From: Nitrospirales bacterium
Lineage (GTDB): Bacteria; Nitrospirota; Nitrospiria; Nitrospirales; UBA8639
Direction of reading: 5' to 3'
Length of the DNA: 64,000 nucleotides
Assembly: GCA_965203295.1 (NCBI GenBank)
Contig: CBDBCZ010000013.1
Coordinates: 96,001-160,000, forward strand
Below, one piece after another: positions 48,501 through 63,500 of the stretch. The notes beneath the pieces were generated by a model. The model searched no databases. It was given only the letters and a program-made list of their open reading frames with translations, and was not told the origin of the DNA. The position numbers were made by a program, and so were the translations under genes. How positions within the stretch are numbered: position 1 is the stretch's first letter; every line of letters starts with the position of its first letter.

Positions 48501-51500
48501 TAGTGGTTCTATTTCCAATCAGTTCAAAGCCCACATTACAGGTGTGAGTAGCCACATCACCAATGGAATTGCCGCTGAATGTCACGATGCCGTTGTCAAT
48601 GTCAACTGGATTATCACACAGTGCTGCAAAGCAAGATTTCGCAACTAATGCCAATATACTTGCATAAAGTGGTCAGTCCTTCTCATACTTATACTTGCCT
48701 ATAAAATTTTATGCTGATGGCCCAAACTCATGCAACTAAGGATAATCGTACAATGTTAGCGCTGCAGAACAAGATTGATGTAAAGAGTGCCAAGACAAAA
48801 CCTATCAGCATTTACTAGAAGATGATAGTAGATGCAAATGCACAAATGGTTCCTTTATATGCAGCTATGATGGACACCTTCAACCTAAAATGACATGTAG
48901 CCATTTCAGAAAGTGTATGGTTATACATGTACGTATTTTGTGGTATACTCACGCCTGCAAGATGGTGGAGTCGGTTGAAATTCTGCACTGTCCATATCTA
49001 CTAGAGTACATGTTGTGGTTGTATTTCCGATTAGTTCAAATCCAACATTACAGGTGTAAGTAGCCACACCACCAATGGAATTGCCGCTGAATGTCACGAT
49101 GCCATTGTCAATGTCAACTGGATCATCACACAGTGCTGCAAAGCAAGATTTATGCAACTAATGCCATTATACTTGCTTAAGTGGTTGGTGTGGAGAATTT
49201 AAAAAATCAGAGTTCCTTTCCGTACTTACACCTGCATATAAAATAATGTGCTGATGGCCAAAACTAATGCTATTGTAGTACGGATCATTACACAATGTTA
49301 GCGATGCAGAACAAGATTGATGTAAAGATTGCGAAGACAAAACCTATCAGCATTTACTAGAAGATGATAGTAGATGCAAATGCACAAATGGTTCCTTTTT
49401 TATGCAGCTATGATTGACAAATTCAACTTAAAATGACATGTAGGCATTTGGTTAAACATGTATGTATTCTGTGGTATACTCACGCCGGCATGATGGTTGT
49501 GTCGGTTGAAATTCTGCACTTTCCATATCCACTAGTGCACATGTTGTGGTTGAATTTCCGATCAGTTCAAAGCCGACATTACAGATGTAAGTAGCCACAC
49601 CACCGATGGAATTGCTGTTGAATGTGACTATCCCATTGTCAATGTCAACTGGATCATCGCACAATGCTGTAGAGTAAGATTCATGTGAACAATGCCTGGA
49701 TGCAGCTCACTTGCATAAAGTGGTCGATGTGGAAGTAAACTTAGTAATTTGTAAACCACAGAGTTTCTTCCCATCTGATATAAAAGTTATTACACTGATG
49801 GCCCAAACTCATGCATGCTACCGCATACAACCAAAAACGGTAGGTAGGTGTTTACACTTTATTTAGTTATTAATTTATGCACTCACGGCTGCAAGATGGC
49901 GGTGCAGGTTGAAATTCTACACTACCCACATCCACTAGTGCACATGTTGTGGTTGCACATCCAATCAGTTCAAAGCCCAAATCACAGGTGTATGTAGCAA
50001 CATCACCGATGGAATTTCCAGTAAAAGTCACCATGCCATTGTCAATGTCAACCACATCATCACACAATGCTGCAGAACAAAATTCATTCAAACAAAGTCA
50101 TAATGCAGTTTACATGCATTTGTGTTTGCATGAAGTGGTGAGTGCCGATATGAGCTTACAATTTCTAAACCACACATTCGTTCATACTGATATATGCATT
50201 AAAAACTTACGGCACTTATAACCTGAACACAAGCTACAACAAACAATTAAAAAGGTAGGTAGGTGTTTACACTTATTATACGTATTTATTATTCCATGCA
50301 CTTACGGCTGCAGGATGGTGGTGCAGGTTGAAATTCTGCACTGTCTGTATCCACTAGAGTACATGTCGTAATTGCATCTCCGATTAGTTCAAAGCCCAAA
50401 TCGCAAGTGTAAGAAGCCACATCACCGATGATGGTGCCATTAAAAGTTACCGTGCCATTGTTAATGTCAACCGGAACATCACACAATGGTAGCACTGTAG
50501 AACAAGATTCATTGAATTGTGACTAGACAGAAGCTAATGTGTAGGAGATGATTAATTTGGGAATGCTGCGAATGGACTAGTGACTCTATAAGCCACATAT
50601 AACACAAAGCACAACATGCTACCAAGATTGACATATGAAATCTAAAATGGCCTGTAGTTATTTGAAGAAATTTTGCATACTCACGTCTGCAAGATGGTGG
50701 TGCTGGTTGATATTCTGCATTGCTCATATTCAATAGTGTACATATTGTGTTTGTGCCTCCGATCAGCTCAAATCCCAAATCACAGCTATAAGTAGCCACA
50801 ACACCAACGGAGTTGCCACTGAAGGTTACCATGCCATTGTCAATGTCAACTGGATCATCACACAGTGCTATAGTACAGTGCAAGATTCATGTAAATAATG
50901 CCAACATGCAACATAACTGTATTTGTGGGGAGGAGCTGGGTAGTCTGGGAATGAGCTCAGAGGTTGTTAAAGTCAGATATTCACATACGCATATCAAATC
51001 AACTACTCTTTATTACAGAACACAAGCTACTATGATTGGGCGAGCGTGAGCGAGCCCCACATTAGTGTGTTCAATGGAGAATTTGTCTGTGCGTACGGTG
51101 TACGTACGTACGTACGTATGCACATACCGCATATCGTTTCGCGTTTCAATATAACGTTTCAAATAGTTTCCGTAATATTCCAAATTGTTCACGTGGTCAT
51201 GGTAGCTGCAGTGCAGCTAGCTTAGGGATGGTCTCACAGAGTAGACGGCAGCGGCAAAGGCTACAGCGTTGCCGTATATATCCCCAGGTTGGCGATAAGT
51301 CACATTGGAACAGCAGAGAGCGAGTTCTAGAGCCAGAATAGTTGTCATTTCTCCAGGCCCTCGACAGTGACACTGAGACGAGAGAAGGAGCCAAAAAAGC
51401 TGCCGAGGGCATGGGCTAATACCTCGCTCACGCTCGCCCCACAAAGCTTTACATTCACCTAGTAGACACATAAAATCAAAAATGGCAGGTAGTAATTTAG

Positions 51501-54500
51501 GGAGGTTGTATTTTTATTCTGTGCACTCACGCCTGCAAGATGGTGGTGCTGGTTGAAATGTAGCACTGTCCATATCCACTAGTGTACATGTTGTGGTTAC
51601 ATTTCCGATCAGCTCAAAGCCCAAATCACAGGTGTAAGTAGCCACATCACCAATGGAATTGCCGCTGAATGTTACCATGCCGTTGTTAATGTCAACGGGA
51701 TTATTACACAATGCTGCAGAGCAAAATTCAATGCCATGATGCAGCCTACTTGTACACGTTTGTATGAAGTGGTAAGTGTGGATATCAGCTTAGAATTTGT
51801 AAACTACAGATTCCTCTCAACTGATATATGTATGAAATGCATTGCACTGATAGCTAAAGCACATACTATACAACAAACAACCAAAAAAAGGTAGGTAGGT
51901 GTTTACACTTATTATATTAATTTTATTAATTCATGTACTCACGCCTGCAAGATGGTGGGGCAGGTTGAAATTCTGCACAGTCCATATCCACTAGTGCACA
52001 TGTTGCAGTTCCATTTCCGATCAGTTCAAAGCCCACATTACAGGTGTAAGTAGCCACATCACCGATGGGATTGCCATTGAATGTCACCATCCCATTGCCA
52101 ATGTCAACCGGATTATCACACAATGCTGCAGAGTAACATTTATGCGAAAAATGCTATGATACAACCTACTTGCATTTGTTTGCATGAAGTGGTGAGTGTG
52201 GATACAAGCTTACTATTTTGTTAACGACAGATATATCCATACTGATTATGTGTTAAAGCTATTACAGTGTTAGCCAGATCACATGCTACCGATTACAAAA
52301 ATGATAGGTTACTTTTATTATATCTAATATTCCATGCACTCACGGTTGCAAGATGGTGGTGCAGGTTGAAATTCTGCCCTGTCCGTATCCACTAGAGTAC
52401 ATGTCGTGGTTGCATTTCCGATTAGTTCAAAGCCCAAATTGCAAGTGTAAGTAGCTACACCACCGATGACGGTGCCATTGAAAGTGACCATGCCATTGTC
52501 AATGTCAACTGGTTCACCACATGATTCTGGCACTGCAGAACAAGATTCATTGAATTGTAACAAGCTTAGAATTTGTAAACCATAGATTCTTCCCTACTGA
52601 TATATGTATGAAACCTATTGCACTGATAGCAAGAGCACATGCTACAACAAAAAGGCAAGCAGCTGTTTACACTAAATATACTCACTATTTCACTGATAGT
52701 CAAAGCACATGCTACACTAAACAACCAAAAAAGGTAGGTACGTAGGTGTTTAACCTTAATATACTTATTAATCTATGTACTCACGCCTGCAAGATGGTGG
52801 CGCAGGTTGAAATTCTGCCCTGTCTATAGCCACACGTGCACACGTTGTAATTCCACTTCCGATCAGTTCAAGGCCCACATTACAGGTGTAAGTAGCCACA
52901 TCACCAATGGAATTGCCGTTGAATGTCACCATCCCATTGCCAATGTCAACCGGATCATCACACAATGCTGCAGAGTAAGATTTATGCGAACAATGCTATG
53001 ATACAACTTGCTTGCAATTGTTTGCATGAAGTAGTGAGTGTGGATATGAGCTTAGAATTAGTAAAACACAGATTCATTTATATTGATGTATGTATAAAAC
53101 CTATTGCACTGATACGCAGAACACATACTATCACACACAAACAAAAATAGTACGTAAGTGTTTAGACTTTCTGTATGCACTCACGGCTGCAAGATGGTGG
53201 TGCAGGCTGAAATTCTGCCCTGTCTGTATCCACTAGAGTACATGTCGTGGTTGCATTTCCGATTAGTTCAAAGCCCAAATTGCAAGAGTAGGTAGCCACA
53301 TCACCGATGATGGTGCCATTGAAAGTTACTGTGCCATTGTCAATGTCAACTGGATCATCACATGATTCTGGCACTGCAGAACAAGATTCATTAAATGGTG
53401 ACTAGACAGAAGCTATCACAAAAAATCCCCAGGAGATAATTAATCTATAAATGATGTAAATGGACTAGTAGATGTACTAGTGTATCCATATTACAAAGCA
53501 CAACATGTTACTAAAATTGACATATTAATCTATTATAGCTTGTAGTTATTCTTTAGAATTTTGGATACTAACGTCTGCAAGTTGGTGGTGCCGGTTGAAA
53601 CTCAGCACTGCTCGCATTCAATAGTGTACACATGATGGTTGCATTTCGGATCAGTTGAAAGCCCAATTCACAGGTGTAAGTAGCGACATCACCAATGGAA
53701 TTTCCAGTGAATGTTGCCATGCCATTGTCAATGTCAACCGGATCATCACACAATGCTGCAGAGCAGGATTCAATACCATAATGCAGCCTACTTGCATTTG
53801 TTTGCATGAAGTGGTGAGAGTGTGGATATGGACTTAGAATTTGTTATCACAGATTCTTTCCTACTAATATATTTTTAAAATGTATTGCACTGATAGCCTG
53901 AGCACATGATACAACAAAACAGGTAGGTAGGTGTTTACATTAAATTTTAATGTACTTATTAATCGATGTACTCACGTCTGCAAGAAGGTGGGGCAGGTTG
54001 AAACTCAGCACAGTCCATATCCACTAGAGCACATGTTGGAGTTCCATTTCCGATTAGTTCAAAGCCCACATTACAGGTGTAAGTAGCCACATCACCGATG
54101 GAATTGCCGTTGAATGTCACCATCCCGTTGTCAATTTCAACCGGATCATCACACAATGCTGCAGGGTAAGATTCATGCGAACAATGCAATGATACAACCT
54201 ACTTGCTTTGTTGGCATGAAGGGGGGAAGTGTGAATATGAGCTTAAACTACAGATTAATTCATAATGATGTAAAACCTATTGCACTGATAGCCAGAATAC
54301 ATGCTATTACATACAAACAAAAATGCTAGCTAAGCATTTTCTCTTAATATAATTTCTCCTATTGCATGCACTCACGGCTGCAAGATGGCGGCGCAGGTTG
54401 AAATTCTGCCCTGTCTGTATCCACTAGCGTACACGTCGTGGTTGCATTGCCGATTAGTTCAAAGCCCAAATCGCAAGTGTAAGTAGCCACATCACCGACG

Positions 54501-57500
54501 ACGGTGCCACTGAAAGTTATTGTGCCATTGTCAATGTCAACCGGATCATCACAGAATCCTGGCACTGCAGAACAAGATTCAATGGAAGGTGATTAGACAG
54601 AACTATCACAAATAACGCAGTAGAGATGATTATTCTATGAATGATGTAAATGGACTAGTAAATGGACTAGTGATTCTATAATACAAAGAACAACGTCATC
54701 ATGTTACTAAGGTTAATGTATGGAATCTAAAATGGCCTGTAGTTATTCTGGGATATTTTGTATGCTCACGTCTGCAAGATGGTGGCGCTGGTTGAAATTC
54801 TGCTCTGCTCAAACTTAATAGTGTACATATCGTGGTAGCGTTTCCAATGAGATCAAAGCCCGAATCACAGGCGTAAGTTGCCAAATCACCAACAGAATTT
54901 CCAGTGAATGTCGCCATGCCGTTGTTAATGTCAACCGGATTATCACACAAAGCTGCAGAGTAAGATTCAATGCCATGATGCAGCTTACTTCCATTTGTTT
55001 ACAAGAAGTGGTAAGTGTGGATATGAACTTAGAAATTGTAAACCATAGATTCTTCCCTACTGATTATGTATAAAATCATTGCACTGATAGCCAGAACACA
55101 TGCTGCAACAAAAAAAGGTATGTAGGTGTTTACATGTACTGTATACATTAATCCATGTACTTACGTCTGCAAGATGGTGGTGCAGGTAGAAATTCTGCAC
55201 TGTCCACATCCACCAGTGCACATGCTGCAGTTCCATTTCCAATCAGTTCAAAGCCCATATTACAGGTGTAAGTAGCCACATCACCGATGGAATTTCCAGT
55301 GAATGTCGCCATGCCGTTGTCAATGTCAACCGGATTATCACACAATGCTGCAGAGTAAAATTCAATGACATGATGCAACCTACTTGCATTGAAGTGGTGA
55401 GTGTGGATATAAGCTCGGGGATTGTAAACTACAAATTTTCCCCTACTGATACATGTATAAATCAAACTTATTGCACTAACAGACAAAACACATGAGACAA
55501 AACACAACAGGCAGGTACCGTAGAGTACGTATCAAGCGTCCACCATGTATTAAGCTCCCACCCCCCTCTTCAGCGTCAACTTCCTGCAATGGGTTCGTTT
55601 ATTCACGTAGTATCCGCCCACTCGAACGTGTTGCAAGCACACGATGCAAAGTGAGGAAACAATGTAAGTAAGTCATATAGCCTTTTTTAACCAACTATGG
55701 AAACATTTGTATTAGAATAGTTATAAAAGCATGCAGATAACTGCAAAATATGGCTGAAAAATGAAGTAGCTAGCCGACTTACCGTCGGTATTCCAATTAA
55801 AGCACACTAAAGATCGAATTTTACTGCTTGATTTCGCTCACTGCGCTTTAGTTATAAGTTTAGCTCACCTGGATGGTTTGACATTATTGTAGAAAATATA
55901 TTATGGTGAAGATTCCACACTTCGAGGGTGGTGGGCGGATACTGCATGCTGTTTGCGCACGAATACATAGTAAGCGCCCACCCCCCTCTTCCGCCGCATT
56001 CTAAGGTTCCCCGCCCATGGGCACTTGATACGTACTCTATGGTAGATGTTTACACTTAGGATATTTAATAATCAATGCACTCACGTCTGCAAAATGGTAG
56101 GGCAGGTTGAAATTCTGCACTGTCCATATCCACTAGTGTACATGTTGTAGTTCCATTTCCGATCAGTTCAAAGCCCACATTACAGGTGTAAGTAGCCACA
56201 TCACCGACGGAATTGCCGCTGAATGTCACCATCCCATTGCCAATGTCTACCGGGTCATCACACAATGCTGCAGAGCAAGATTCATTTGGGCAATGCCATG
56301 ATACAATCTACCCGCATTCGTTTGCATGAAAAGGTGAGTGTGGATATGAGCTTAGAAATTGTTAACCACTGATTTGTCCATACTGATTAATATGTGTATA
56401 GGCTATTACCAGAAAACATGCTAACACACACAAACAAAATGATTGTTAAGCATTTATTGTAAACATTCTACTATTCTATGTACTCACGCCTGCAAGATGG
56501 CGGTGTAGGTTGAAATTCTGCACTGTCTACATCCACTAGAGCACATGTCGTGGTTGCGTTTCCAATCAGCTCAAAGCCCACATTACAGGTATAAGTAGCC
56601 ACATCACCAATGGAATTTCCAGTGAATGTTGCCATGCCGTTGTCAATGTCAACCGGATTATCACACAATGCTGCAGAATAAGATTCAATGCCATGATGCA
56701 GCCTACTTGTATTTGTTTGCATAAAGTGATGAGTATGGATATAAGCTTGGAGTTTGTAAACTACAGATTCTTCCCCACAGATACATGTACGAAACTTATT
56801 GCACCAATAGCCAGAACACATGCTACAACAATCATCCTAAAAAAAGTAGGTAGGTGTTTAAACTAATAATTATACTAAATAATTGTATGCATAAAATTTA
56901 TTGATGATAGCCAGAACACATGCTACAGCAAATTACCAAACAATGTTGTAAGTGTGTAAATTTAATTAATTTATGCACTCACGCCTGCAAGCTGGTGGTG
57001 CAGGTTGAAATTCTGCACTATCCATATCCACTTGTGTACATGTTGCAGTTCCATTTCCAATCAGTTCAAAGCCCACATTACAGGTGTAAGTAGCCACATC
57101 ACCAATGGAATTTCCGGTGAATGTCGCCATGCCATTGCCAATGTCAACCGGATCATCACACAATGCTGCAGGGTAAGATTCATGGGATCAATGCCATGAT
57201 ACAATCTACAAGTTTTTGTTTGCATGAAGTGGTGAGCATAGATACGAGCTTAAAATTTAACCACAGATATGTTCATACTGAATTTAGGTCTACCACATGC
57301 AAACAAACTGACAGGTAAGCATTCACTCTTAATGCATTTACTATTCCATACACTCACGTCTGCATGATGGTGGTGCAGGTTGAAATTCTGCTCTGTCTGT
57401 ATCCACTAGAGTACACGTCGTGGTTGCATTTCCGATTAGTTCAAAGCCCAAATCGCAAGTGTAAGTAGCCACACCACCGATGACGGTGCCATTGAAAGTG

Positions 57501-60500
57501 ACCATGCCATTATCAATGTCAACCGGATCATCACATGATTCTGGCACTGCAGAACAAGATTCATTGAATTGTAACTAGACAAAAGCTTACATAATGAATG
57601 CGCAGAAGATGGTTAATCTGGAAATAATATAGATGTACTAGTAAATGAACTAGTAGCTTTATAACACAAAGCACAACATGCTACTAAGATTGACAAATGA
57701 AATCTAAAATGGCCTGTAGTTATTCTAGGAAATTTGCATGCTCACGTCTGCAAGATGGTGGTGCTGGTTGAAATTCTGCTCTGCTCAAACTAAATAGTGT
57801 ACATATGGTGGTTGCGTTTCCGATCAGATCAAAGCCCAAATCACAGGTGTAAGTAGCCACATCACCAACAGAATTTCCAGTGAATGTCACGATGCCGTTG
57901 TTAATGTTAACTGGATTATCACACAATGCTGCAGGGTAAGATTAAATGCCATGATGCAGCTTAATTCCATTTGTTTGCATGAAGTGGTAAGTGTGGATAT
58001 GAGCTTAAAATTTGCAATCCACAGATTTTTTACTACTGATTATGTATAAAATTATTGCACTGATAGCCAGAACACATGCTGCAACTAGAAGTCTCTAGCA
58101 GAGACATACCCCGCGGTGCATAATTCACAACTTGGACCTGGCAGGACTGCAGACTGGGCTGATGGAGTAGTTGGCAAAGTGTACATGTATATCACTGGCT
58201 GTGTATCCGCACGCAGAGTGTACAGCGCTCGTGTACGCGTATAAATCTGTATATCCTATGGGAAGTGGTGGGCGTGACTGATTACCAATATGAACACGTG
58301 ACCAGAGTCCGTATATGCCCGGCCTCTATTGTATTCTAGTTGTGACCGTATTAAAATGGCAGAATGCACCGTTGTTAAAAAAGAAAGAGCTGTAGATACA
58401 GCGAATGGAACCGCTTTGGCGACTATCAGGTACACACCCGGACATTCTTTTTTTGATTTCAATGTTACTGTCGTGTTTAGCAATTGCTTAACCCTGTAAA
58501 TCGCGAGATAGCCCGATTTTTGAGTGGACAGACACCGGACAGACGGACTGACGGACGGACGGACGGACGGACGGACGGACAGACAGAACCAATTGCTTAA
58601 CCCCGCCGCCGCCTACGCGCCGCGGGGTAACAACAAACCAAAAAAGTATTGAGGTGTTTACATGTAATGTATACATTAATTCTTGGACTCACGCCTGCAA
58701 GATGGCGGTGCAGGTTGAAATTCTGCACTGTCCATATCCACCAGTGTACATGTTGCAGTTCCATTTCCAATCAGTTCAAAGCCCACATTACAGGTGTAAG
58801 TAGCCACATCACCAATGGAATTTCCAGTGAATGTCGCCATGCCGTTGTCAATGTCAACCTGATTATCACACAATGCTGCAGAGTAAAATTCAATGACATG
58901 ATGCAGCCTACTTGCATTGGTTTGCATGAAGTGGTGAGTGTGTATGTAAGCTTAGAGTTTGTAAACTACTGATTCTTCCCTATGGATACATGTATAAAAC
59001 TAATTGCACTGATAGCCAAAAGACGAAACAAAAAAACAACCATGAAAAGGTAAGTAGGTGTTTACGCTTAGAATATTTAATAATCAATGTACTCACGCCT
59101 GCAAGATGGTGGGGCAGGTTGAAATTCTGCACTGTCTCTATCCACTAGTGCACATGTTGTAGTTCCATTTCCGATCAGTTCAAAGCCCACATTACAGGTG
59201 TAAGTAGCCACATCACCGACTGAATTGCCATTGAATGTCACCATCCCATTGCCAATATCTACCGGATCATCACACAGTGCTGCAGAGCAAGATTCATGAG
59301 ACCAATGCCATGATACAATCTACCCGCATTTGTTTGCATGAAGTGGTGAGTGTATATATGAGCTTTGAAATGGTTAGCCACAGATTTGTCCATACTGATT
59401 AATATGTGTAAAAGCTATTGCAGCAGTGATAGCCAGAACACATGCTACCACATACAAACAAAATAGTTGGTAAGCATTTATTGTAAACATATCTACTATT
59501 CTATGAACTCACGGCTGCAAGATGGTGGTGCAGGTTGAAATTCTGCACTGTCCATATCCACCAGTGTACATGTTGCAGTTCCATTTCCAATCAGCTCAAA
59601 GCCGAATTCACAGGAGTAAGTAGCCACATCACCAACGGAATTTCCAGTGAATGTTGCCATGCCGTTGTCAATGTCAACTGGATTATCACACAAAGCTGCA
59701 GAGCAAGATTAAATGCTATGATGCAGCCTACTTTCATTTGTTTGTATGAAGTTGGTAGTGTGGATACCAGCTTAGAATTTGTAAACCACAGATTCTTCTC
59801 TGTACTGATTAGGTATGATGATAGTCAGAACACATGCTACAACAAAATATTAAACAATGTATGCAGGGGTTATAAAATATTTATGTACTCACGCCTGCAA
59901 GATGGTGGGGCAGGTTGAAATTCTGCGCTGTCTATATCCACTAGTGCACATGTTGCAGTTCCATTTCCAATCAGTTCAAAGCCCACATTACAGGTGTAAG
60001 TAACCCCATCACCGATGGAATTCCCTGTGAATATCGCCATCCCGTTGTCAATGTTAACCGGATCATCACACAATGCTGCAGGGTAAAATTTATGAAAATA
60101 ATGCCATGATACAACCTACTTTGCAAACTATAAGCATTTGTTTGCATGAAGAAGTGAGTGTGGATATAAGCTAAAAATTTTGTTAACGACAGATATGTCC
60201 ATACTGATTATGTGTTAAAGCTATTACAGTGTTAGCCAGAACACATGCTACCAATTACAAACAAAATGATATGTTATATCTATTATTCCATGCACTCACG
60301 GCTGCAAGATGGTGGTGCAGGTTGAAATTCTGCCCTGTCTGTATCCACTAGAGTACATGTCGTGGTTGCATTTCCAATTAGTTCAAAGCCCAAATTGCAA
60401 GTGTAAGTAGCTACACCACCGATGATGGTGCCATTGAAAGTGACCATGCCATTGTCAATGTCAACCGGTTCACCACATGATTCTGGCACTGCAGAACAAG

Positions 60501-63500
60501 ATTTATTGAATTGTAACAAGACAGAAACTTTCACAATTATTGCACAGAAGATGATTAATCTGAAAATATAGGTGTACTAGTAAATGAACTAGTAACTTCA
60601 TTACACAAAGCACAACATGCCACTAAGATCGACGAATGAAATCTAAAATAGCCTGTAGTTATTCTAGGATATTTTGTATGCTCACGTCTGCAAGATGGTG
60701 GTGCTGGTTGAAATTCTGCTCTGCTCAAACTAAAGAGTGTACATATGGCGGTAGCGTTTCCAATGAGATCAAAGCCCAAATCACAGGTGTAAGTTGCCAC
60801 ATCACCAACGGAATTTCCAGTGAATGTCGCCATGCCGTTGTTAATGTTAACCGGATTATCACACAATGCTGCAGGGTAAGATTCAATACCATGATGCAGC
60901 TTAATTCCATTTGTTTGCATGAAGTGGTGAGTGTGGATATGAGCTTAAAATTTGCAAACCACAGATTCTTTACAACTGATTATGTATAAAATTATTGCAC
61001 TGATTGCCAGAACACATGCTGCAACAACAAACCAAAAAAAGGTATGGAGGTGTTTACATGTAATGTATACATTAATTCTTGTACTCACGCCTGCAAGATG
61101 GTGGTGCAGGTTGAAATTCTGCACTGTCTATATCCACCAGTGAACATGTTGACGTTCCATTTCCAATCAGTTCAAAGCCCACATTACAGGTGTAAGTAAC
61201 CCCATCACCAATGGAATTCCCGGTGAATGTCGCCATGCCGTTGTCAATGTCAACCGGATTATCACACAATGCTGTAGAGTAAGATTCAATACCATGATGC
61301 AGCCTACTTGAATTGGTTTGCATGAAGTGGTGAGTGTGTATGTAAGCTTAGAGTTTGTAAACTACTGATTCTTCCCTATTGATACATGTATGAAACTTAT
61401 TGCACTGATAGCCAGAACACGAGACAAAAACAACAACCATAAAAAGGTAGGTACTTAGGATATTTAATAATCAATGTACTCACGCCTGCAAAATGGTGGG
61501 GCAAGTTGAAATTCTGCACTCTCCATATCCACTAGTGTACATGTAGTAGTTCCATTTCCGATCAGTTCAAAGCCCACATTACAGGTGTAAGTAGCCACAT
61601 CACCAATGGAATTGCCGCTGAATGTGACCATCCCATTGCCAATGTCTAACGGATCATCACACAGTGCTGCAGAGCAAGATTCATGAGACCAATGCCATGA
61701 TACAATCTACCCGCATTTGTTTGCATGAATTTAGTGGTGAGTGTAGAATTTGTAAATCACAGATTCTTCTCTTGTGTTTATGTATTGAAAGTTATTGCAT
61801 TGATAGCCAGATAACATACAACATTAAAATGTATGTAGGGTGTTTACATTTAATGTATATATTATTCCATGTCCAAGTGGTGAGTGTGGATATAAGCTGG
61901 GAGTTTGTAAACTACAGATTCTTCCCTACTGATACATGTATGATACTTATTGCACTGACAGCCAGAACACATGACACCAAAAACAACCATGAAAAGGTAG
62001 GTAGGTGTTTACACTTTGAATATTAACTCAGTGAACTCCGTAATTATGTCACACACGTGATGCTCCACATCATAATTTCTGCAACAATGGCGTACTAAAA
62101 GTTTTAGTACAGTGTTCGGTTATTTTTATGTTTACCAATCCAGATATCCAGCAAATTCTATGTTGTTTTTGTTGGAAGACTACCAGCTACAGCCATTAAA
62201 GGCAAAAAGGGCAGCGGATTGGATCCAAGAAGGGCTTCAGGATCGATAACCTGATACATGTTCAGTTCGATACAAAAGTGTTGTCTGCATGCTCAGGAGC
62301 CAAAGAACGATGGCCCTACTGAAATTGCTGACTCTCCTTTGAACCAGTTGCCATTGTATCTGAAGTTGTCTACAGAGCCCAACTAACTGTGTAGCAATGT
62401 AGGTAACCATAGCTAGTCGATTGTATATTTTGCCGTGTGTATCCGTTCTATTACCAAATAGATCAACTTTTGGCACACTTACATCATTATTAGTAATCAC
62501 TCTACTCAATTTTATGGCTAGTAAAGGAAGAAGTTGCCCCGTATAGTGAGCTTACCGTTTTTAAATAGGGCATGTAAAGATTAACAATCAAAGTACTCAC
62601 GCCTGCAAAATGGTAGGGCGGGTTGAAATTCTGCACTGTCCATATCCACTAGTGCACATGTTGCAGTTCCATTTCCGATCAGTTCAAAGCCCACATTACA
62701 GGTGTAAGTAGCCACATCACCGACGGAACTGCCATTGAATGTCACCATCCCATTGCCAATGTCTACTGGATCGTCACACAATGCTGCAGAGCAAGATTCA
62801 TTAGGACAATGCCATGATACAATCTACCCGCATTCGTTTGCATGAAAAGGTGAGTGTGGATATGAGCTTAGAAATTGTTTGTCCATACTGATTAATATGT
62901 GTATATATAGGTTATTACCAGAAAACATGCTACCACATACTAACAAAATGATTGGTAAGCATTGATTGTAAATGTATCTACTATTCTACTCACGGCTGCA
63001 AGATGGCGGTGCAGGTTGAAATTCTGCACTGTCTATATCCACTAGAACACATATCATGGTTGTGTTTCCGATCAGTTCAAAGCCCAAATCACAGGTGTAA
63101 GTAGCCACACCACCAACGGAATTTCCAGTGAATGTCACCATGCCGTTGTCAATGTCAACTGGATTATCACACAATGCTGCAGGATAAGATTAAATGCCAT
63201 GATGCAGCCTACTTCCATTTGTTTGCATGAAGTGGTGAGTATGGATATGAACTTAGAAATTGTAAACCACAGATTCTTCACTACTGATTATGTGTAAACT
63301 TATGTATAAAATTATTGCACTGATAGCCAGAACACTTGCTTCAACAAAAAACCAAAAAAGGTATGGAGGTGTTTACATTAATCAATGTACTCACGCCTGC
63401 AAGATGGTGGTGCAGGTTGAAATTCTGCCCTGTCCATATCCACTTGAGTACATGTTGCAGTTCCATTTCCGATCAGTTCAAAGCCCACATTACAGGTGTA

